Below, piece after piece: positions 34,083 through 42,091 of a stretch of DNA of 42,091 bases. The position numbers were made by a program, and so were the translations under genes. The DNA is taken from contig JBBDRF010000003.1 in the NCBI GenBank assembly GCA_040905565.1, forward strand, positions 1-42,091, read 5' to 3'. This stretch comes from Phycisphaeraceae bacterium (GTDB lineage: Bacteria > Planctomycetota > Phycisphaerae > Phycisphaerales > Zrk34). Numbering within the stretch: position 1 is the stretch's first letter; each line of letters starts with the position of its first letter. The notes under the pieces were generated by a model that was not told the origin of the DNA, made no database searches, and saw nothing but the letters and a program-made list of their open reading frames with translations.

Positions 34083-34421
34083 ATGTACGAAACCGTCCAC
34101 ACCTGCGATCGAGCCGATCAACTGATCGATTCGCCGACGCCCGTCTGGCTTCTGAAGCACTCGACGGCGTGCAACGTTTCGGCGTGGGCCATGCGGGAGT
34201 TCATGGCCTACCTCGGCACGCATCCGCACGAGCGCGGCGCGGTGATTGTCGTCCAGCATCATTTTAGAATCTCAGAGCGGCTGGCCAAGCGGTTGCATGT
34301 CCGCCATGAGAGCCCGCAACTGCTGCTGGTGAAGAAGGGCCGCGTGCTTTACAGCACTTCCCATAGCCAGATCACGGCGGAGACCATGGCCGCCCGCCGC
34401 GCCGTCGTCACCTCGGCGTGA
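34083..34421 (+). CDS. YtxJ/BrxC-like monothiol thioredoxin-fold protein (DUF2847)
   Basis: LLKHSTACNVS, VRHESPQ, SHSQIT; ATG 34083 after GGAG. Confidence 0.75.
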   Translation: MYETVHTCDRADQLIDSPTPVWLLKHSTACNVSAWAMREFMAYLGTHPHERGAVIVVQHHFRISERLAKRLHVRHESPQLLLVKKGRVLYSTSHSQITAETMAARRAVVTSA

Positions 34422-34452
34422 TTCCATCACGTTAGATCGCCGTTCGGCTGCG

Positions 34453-35469
34453 TCACTTCGGCGGGTTTTCGCTCGGCGTCTCGCGTGACTGCATTGTGAG
34501 GCGGTTGTGCACCTCCGCCGACCGGAAACGCAGTTCCAGCGCTTTTCGCGTGACGTAGTGGCCGGGCGGGACGGACTTGGTGAGGAACACCGAGCCGCCG
34601 ACGATTGAGCCCGCCCCGACGATGGTATTCCCGCCGAGGATCGTCGTGTTGGAGTAGATGGTGACGTCGTCTTCGAGTGTCGGGTGGCGTTTGGTGCCCC
34701 GAATCAGTCGGCCGGTCTCATCCCGCGGGAAGCTCATCGCCCCAAGCGTCACGCCCTGGTAGAGCTTGCAGCGGTCGCCGATGTGCGTGGTTTCGCCGAT
34801 GACCACGCCCGTGCCGTGGTCGATGAAGAATGAGCGGCCGATGCTCGCGCCCGGATGAATATCGATGCCGACTTCGCTGTGCGCGTGCTCGGAGAGGAGC
34901 CGGGGCACCAGCGGCACGCCGAGTCTCTGCAGCCGCTGCGCGACACGATAAGTGAAGACCGCGAACACGCCGGGGTAGCAGAAGACGGTCTCGTCGGTGT
35001 TGCGGGCAGCGGGGTCGCCGTCGTAAGCAGCCTGCACATCCGTGGCCAGAATCTCACGCAGTTCGGGAATCGCATCGAGGAAGGCGTCGGTGAGCTGCCT
35101 TGCTTGGGGGAGCGTCGCCTCGGCCGTAACGGCCGGCGAAGCGCCATCCCCGCTGCCGCGCTGCTCGAGGTACTGCTGATAGGCGAGGGCCTGAGCGATG
35201 AGCAGTTCCATGGATTCGCGGATGGCAGCCAGCAGCGTCAGCACATGGTCTTCGAGCACGTCGCGGTCGAGGGGACGTTCGGAGAAGAAGCCGGGGAACA
35301 GCAGATCGCGGATCATGTCCAGCAGTTTGACCATCTGCTGCTGGTCGGGGATCGGACCGCCTTCGGTGTGGCGAATGCGCGGGTCGGCGTCGTAACTGGC
35401 GAGCACCTTCGCAGCAAGCTGCTGCAACGGCGGACGGGAGGCGGGGGAGGAATCACTCATGTCGTTCAT
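34453..35469 (-). CDS. cysE: Serine O-acetyltransferase (EpsC-type)
   Basis: DVQAAYDGDPAA, YPG..YRVA, IDIHPGASIG, FFIDHGTGVVIGET, YQGVTLG, KRHPT. Confidence 0.92.
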   Translation of the reverse strand: MNDMSDSSPASRPPLQQLAAKVLASYDADPRIRHTEGGPIPDQQQMVKLLDMIRDLLFPGFFSERPLDRDVLEDHVLTLLAAIRESMELLIAQALAYQQYLEQRGSGDGASPAVTAEATLPQARQLTDAFLDAIPELREILATDVQAAYDGDPAARNTDETVFCYPGVFAVFTYRVAQRLQRLGVPLVPRLLSEHAHSEVGIDIHPGASIGRSFFIDHGTGVVIGETTHIGDRCKLYQGVTLGAMSFPRDETGRLIRGTKRHPTLEDDVTIYSNTTILGGNTIVGAGSIVGGSVFLTKSVPPGHYVTRKALELRFRSAEVHNRLTMQSRETPSENPPK

Positions 35470-35519
35470 GGTACGTCCGCAGGCGGTGGGTTGTCACTCC
35501 AGGCGGGGCACGGCCGTCA

Positions 35520-35595
35520 CCGTTAGCGGGCGATCGCCGATCGCCGTTCTACATCGACGGGCGAGCGGAAGTGGCGAAGTGGTCGCCCGCTAACG
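35520..35595. repeat. Inverted pair of family C repeats
   Basis: 35520-35545 CCGTTAGCGGGCGATCGCCGATCGCC and inverted 35573-35595 GGCGAAGTGGTCGCCCGCTAACG. Confidence 0.75.
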
Positions 35596-35603
35596 TTTTG
35601 CCT

Positions 35604-38279
<2,676 letters not shown>

Positions 38280-38462
38280 GAATCCACTTCCAGCGTCAAA
38301 GGTCCAGCAGTCGACTGCGTCTCCCGAGCCTGCATGATAGCCGATCATGGCGACGGCACACGATACTCATCGTCGGGCCCCCTTTGTGGGTCGGGCTGAT
38401 GGCCTTGACGAGCGGAGAACGTGAGCGATCAGGTGGGGGATGGGGGGAAGGGTCGGGACGTG

Positions 38463-38494
38463 AAAACGCCGCGACTTTTGGGAGAGTCGCGGCG
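38463..38494 (-). terminator. Intrinsic terminator after rplU
   Basis: 10-bp stem CGCCGCGACT/AGTCGCGGCG followed by TTTT on the minus strand. Confidence 0.7.
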
Positions 38495-38535
38495 CTGCAG
38501 GTTCTATTGCGTGCCGGGCGGGGCCGGGGCGTTCC

Positions 38536-38847
38536 TCAGGCGGTGATGCCTGTGACGCGCAGCTTGAGGTACTGCTGGCGATGGCCCTGCTTGCGGCGGT
38601 ACTTCTTGCGGCGTTTGAATTTGATGATGGTGACCTTGTCAGCGCGGACGCGGTCGAGCACCTCGGCGGTGACTTTCGCGCCATCGACGTAGGGTGCACC
38701 GATGCGGGGGGCGTCGCCGCCGACCAGAAGGACCTTGTCGAATTCAAGGGTGTTCTGGCCTTCAGCCAGATCCCGCACGTCGACCTGGAATACATCGCCT
38801 TCACCGACACGGATCTGGCTACCACTATCTTCAATAATTGCGTACAT
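38536..38847 (-). CDS. rplU: 50S ribosomal protein L21
   Basis: MYAIIEDSGSQ, IGAPYVDGAKV, KFKRRKKYRRKQGHRQ; ATG 38847. Confidence 0.96.
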   Translation of the reverse strand: MYAIIEDSGSQIRVGEGDVFQVDVRDLAEGQNTLEFDKVLLVGGDAPRIGAPYVDGAKVTAEVLDRVRADKVTIIKFKRRKKYRRKQGHRQQYLKLRVTGITA

Positions 38848-38946
38848 GGCGCGTTGTTCCTCGCTCAGAATCGAGCCGAGCATATTAGCAGGAAGGGCAG
38901 GGCGTGGCAAGGGGAGTGTGTGATTGCTGATCTGTGTGATGGTGAT

Positions 38947-39504
38947 TCAGGCTTGCTGCCTCTTCGGGGTGTGTTGGTCGGATGGTACTGGGAGTTGCTG
39001 AAAGTACTTAAGGAAGCGGTTAGTAAACCATGGGGCGTTTTCGGCGAGGACATAGGTGACGAAGGTGTTCGTGCGTTTCCAGTCGACCATCCAGTTTTCC
39101 CATTTCTGCCAGGTCTGGTCGTCGCTGACCCATCCGTTATAGAAGCCGGTGTGCGCCTGTTCGAAAAGTTCGAGGCCGGCGCGTGTGAGGCGATAGCACT
39201 GGTGTTCGTCGCCATCGAGGATGGCCCAGACGGGCCAGCGTTGCTTGTCGGCGAGTTCGTCGAGGGCGCCGTCAAGCTCGGCGATGCGCTGGGCATCGAG
39301 CGGGTGCCAGATCTTGTTGAGGCACGGGTTCTCGGCCGGTCGCCAGAGCAGTTCGGTGTACTCCTGCGCGAGATGCTGAAAGAGTTGATATTCGCGGAGA
39401 TTGCGATCGCTCATCATCTGGACGGCCATGGCGGCGAGCGTGGCGACGAGTGCGATGGCGCTGAGGGTGCCGACGATGGCCTGGATCAGTTCGAAGGTGG
39501 TCAT
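38947..39504 (-). CDS. Hypothetical protein with N-terminal TM anchor
   Basis: AAGGAG RBS before ATG 39504; hydrophobic helix, then a W/F-rich helical domain. Confidence 0.65.
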   Translation of the reverse strand: MTTFELIQAIVGTLSAIALVATLAAMAVQMMSDRNLREYQLFQHLAQEYTELLWRPAENPCLNKIWHPLDAQRIAELDGALDELADKQRWPVWAILDGDEHQCYRLTRAGLELFEQAHTGFYNGWVSDDQTWQKWENWMVDWKRTNTFVTYVLAENAPWFTNRFLKYFQQLPVPSDQHTPKRQQA

Positions 39505-39575
39505 CTGATCGCTCCTTGTTCGGCGGGAGGTCGCGGGTCCCACGGTACGTCCGTGTGCTTCGGGCTGTGTGGGGG

Positions 39576-40652
39576 TCAGTCGTAGGCGGGTTCTTTGGTT
39601 TGCTCGACGATGTGCTTGACGATTTGGGCAGCGTCGATGTTCTCGCCAACGGCCTGGTAGTTCGGCAGCACGCGGTGACGCAGCACAGCGTCAGCGGCGC
39701 TGCGGATGTGAGCGGTGCCGACGGTGGGGCGGCCCTCCAGCACGGCCATCGCTTTGCCGGCCAGCACGAGATACTGCCCGGCGCGAGGCCCGGCTCCCCA
39801 CTCCACGTACTGCTGGGTGAACTCGGGGGCGGCGGGATCGCTCGGCCTGGTGGCGCGGGCGATGGCCACCGCGTAATCGATCACATGCGACGAAACGGGC
39901 ATCCGCCTGACCAGCTGCTGAAAGGCCTGCATCTGCTCCTGGGTGTAGACCGGCTCGATGTTGATCTCGCGCGGAGCGGTCGTCGCAGCCACGATGGCGC
40001 GTTCTTCGACTTCGCTGGGGTAGTCGATCCAGAGGCTGAACATGAAGCGGTCCAGCTGGGCTTCGGGCAGCGGATACGTGCCCTCCTGCTCGATGGGGTT
40101 CTGCGTGGCGACGACGACGAACGGCTTGGCCAGCGGATAGGCTTTGCCCATGCTGGTGACGGTGTATTCCTGCATGCCTTCGAGCAGAGCGGCCTGCGTC
40201 TTCGGCGGCGTGCGGTTGATCTCGTCGGCGAGCAGCAGGTTCGTGAAGATCGGCCCCTGCATGAAGTGCCATTGACGCTTGTTGGTCTTGCGATCTTCCT
40301 GCAGCAGTTCCATGCCGATGATGTCGGCGGGCATCATGTCGGGCGTGAACTGGATGCGTTTGAAGGACCAGCCGAGCGTCTGGGCGAGCGTTTTCACGAG
40401 GAGTGTTTTGGCGAGGCCCGGGACGCCGACGATGAGGACGTGGCCTTCGCTGAAGATGGCGGCGAGGAGCTGACGGACGATTTCGTCCTGTCCGATGATC
40501 GCCCGGCCGATCTGCTGACGCAGGTTCTGATAGCCCTCGGCAGCCTGGGTGAGCAGTTCGGCGTCGGTGCTGCTGAGCTTCGTGGAAGTGGTGGTCAAGA
40601 GGGTGCGTCCGATCGCAAAGGTGGGAAGAATCGCCCGTTGCGTTGGCATCAT
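39576..40652 (-). CDS. MoxR-family AAA+ ATPase
   Basis: [56 protein letters not shown]. True start may be TTG 40598. Confidence 0.92.
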   Translation of the reverse strand: MMPTQRAILPTFAIGRTLLTTTSTKLSSTDAELLTQAAEGYQNLRQQIGRAIIGQDEIVRQLLAAIFSEGHVLIVGVPGLAKTLLVKTLAQTLGWSFKRIQFTPDMMPADIIGMELLQEDRKTNKRQWHFMQGPIFTNLLLADEINRTPPKTQAALLEGMQEYTVTSMGKAYPLAKPFVVVATQNPIEQEGTYPLPEAQLDRFMFSLWIDYPSEVEERAIVAATTAPREINIEPVYTQEQMQAFQQLVRRMPVSSHVIDYAVAIARATRPSDPAAPEFTQQYVEWGAGPRAGQYLVLAGKAMAVLEGRPTVGTAHIRSAADAVLRHRVLPNYQAVGENIDAAQIVKHIVEQTKEPAYD

Positions 40653-40705
40653 GATACCGCGACGATGGGGCAGCGGACAAAGTTCGTCTCATCGAAAGGC
40701 TGGGC

Positions 40706-42073
40706 ATGGTTGATTCGGGAACGCGGACGGCGACGGTGGGCGGGGCGGCGGGCGAGCGTCGCCGATGGCTGACGGGGTGGCGGGTGGTGGTGTTTTTGTT
40801 GGTGTTCGTGTTCGTATTGCTGCTGTGCGTGCGGGGGGCGATCGCGTGGCGGTATTCGGCGGAGCTTGAAGCGAGGCGGGCGGCGGGGCTGCCGGTGGAT
40901 GTGGCGTCGTTTCGGGATTGGCAGGGGGAGATCGAGCTCGGGGCGGCGGAGATCTATGCGGAGGCGTTCGAAGCGATGGAGCGGGCGCGATGGTCATATG
41001 AAGACAAAGAGGAACTCGTGATCGCCGGCTCGGCGGAGCTGCCTGAAGACGGCGGACCGTTGACGGAGCGACAGCTTGAGATCGCGCATGATTACCTGGC
41101 GGACCATGCCGAGGCACTGGCGCTGCTTCACGAGGCGGCGGAGGCCGGCGGCGGGGCGGGGCCGTGGCGGCTGGATAAGGGAAGAGGGGTGACCGAGTTC
41201 AGCAATCTCTCAGCAGTGCGGTCGGGGCTGAGACTGTTGTCCCTGCAGGCGCGGATCGCGGCGGAGGAGGGCGATGCCGAGGCGGCCGTCGCGGCGCTCG
41301 AAACAGGTTCGTTTGTCGCGGGGATGATGAAGCAGGAGCCGTTCGCCATTGACCACCTGGTTACCATTGCGTGCGCTAGCCTGTGCGTGGAGGTGTCTGC
41401 CGAACTTCTGGGGCGAGTTCCGCTGGATCAAGCGCAGTTGAGGCGGATCGGAGACGCGCTGGAGAGGGTGACGCCGACGTCGGACGATTTCTTGCGGAGG
41501 CTGATTGGGGAGGACGCTTATATGGTGCTGGTCCTGGACGAAGAGGGACCGGATGCGCTGGCGGAGTACATCGACGGCTCGCCTATGTACTATCGCCTCA
41601 CCGGGCTGACCGAGCTTACGCTGATGCGCAACTGGCAGATGATGGAGCTCTACCTTGATGCTTTTGAAAACATCGAGGGGGAGCCCGAACGGCTTGACGA
41701 GTACAGGCGGATCAGCAATATGCCGTACCCGGTCTGGGGGGGTTTGGGAGAGGAGTCGGCAACGTTAACCGGCAGGGTGTTGATTTCGCACTACCGCGCG
41801 CTGGCTAGGCATCGCGCCGCGGCGGCGGGGTTGGCGGTGATGCGGTATCGGTTGGCGGAGGGGCGGTTGCCGGGGGAGCTTGGGGAGGTGGTGGATGAGC
41901 AGCCGCTTGATCCGTTTACGGGCGATCCGCTGATTTATCGGGTCTCGGATGATGGGTTCGTGATCTACAGCGTTAACGATAATCTCGTCGATAGCGGCGG
42001 CGATGATAGTGAGGACGCTCAGGATCGCTCTGAGGATGATGTGGTGTTTCGTGTGCGGTTGCGTGGGGAGTGA
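40706..42073 (+). CDS. Membrane-anchored hypothetical protein with pseudopilin-G-like C-terminal motif
   Basis: N-terminal TM helix; C-terminal YRLAEGRLPGEL...PLDPFTGDPLIYR...IYSV..NLVDSGG. Confidence 0.65.
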   Translation: MVDSGTRTATVGGAAGERRRWLTGWRVVVFLLVFVFVLLLCVRGAIAWRYSAELEARRAAGLPVDVASFRDWQGEIELGAAEIYAEAFEAMERARWSYEDKEELVIAGSAELPEDGGPLTERQLEIAHDYLADHAEALALLHEAAEAGGGAGPWRLDKGRGVTEFSNLSAVRSGLRLLSLQARIAAEEGDAEAAVAALETGSFVAGMMKQEPFAIDHLVTIACASLCVEVSAELLGRVPLDQAQLRRIGDALERVTPTSDDFLRRLIGEDAYMVLVLDEEGPDALAEYIDGSPMYYRLTGLTELTLMRNWQMMELYLDAFENIEGEPERLDEYRRISNMPYPVWGGLGEESATLTGRVLISHYRALARHRAAAAGLAVMRYRLAEGRLPGELGEVVDEQPLDPFTGDPLIYRVSDDGFVIYSVNDNLVDSGGDDSEDAQDRSEDDVVFRVRLRGE

Positions 42074-42091
42074 GGGGGCCGGCCGGTCGTA

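Overview
GC-rich bacterial chromosomal window; gene content and repeat style suggest a planctomycete, probably Phycisphaerae (inference). Most of it is housekeeping: tmk, pgsA, tdh-kbl, glnA, ileS, an NtrC-type regulator, tspO, rpe, osmC-like, YyaL-like, dxs, ispA, gpmI, queG, queD, nadB, a cyclopropane/methyltransferase, an SGNH lipoprotein, an autotransporter, YtxJ-like, cysE, a GH63 glycosidase, rplU and a MoxR ATPase. Several families of short REP-like repeats lie between genes. The standout is a nested mobile structure at 19542-21994. An IS621-like IS110 bridge-recombinase element sits at a CT core inside a REP; rejoining the flanks regenerates an exact 26/26 copy of the REP at 3349-3374. 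Its bridge RNA can be read from the sequence, with guides matching both the REP target and the element's own end junction. The bridge RNA gene is split by an internally deleted class IIC-like group II intron (19622-20883). All calls are by-eye motif recognition; no searches were run.
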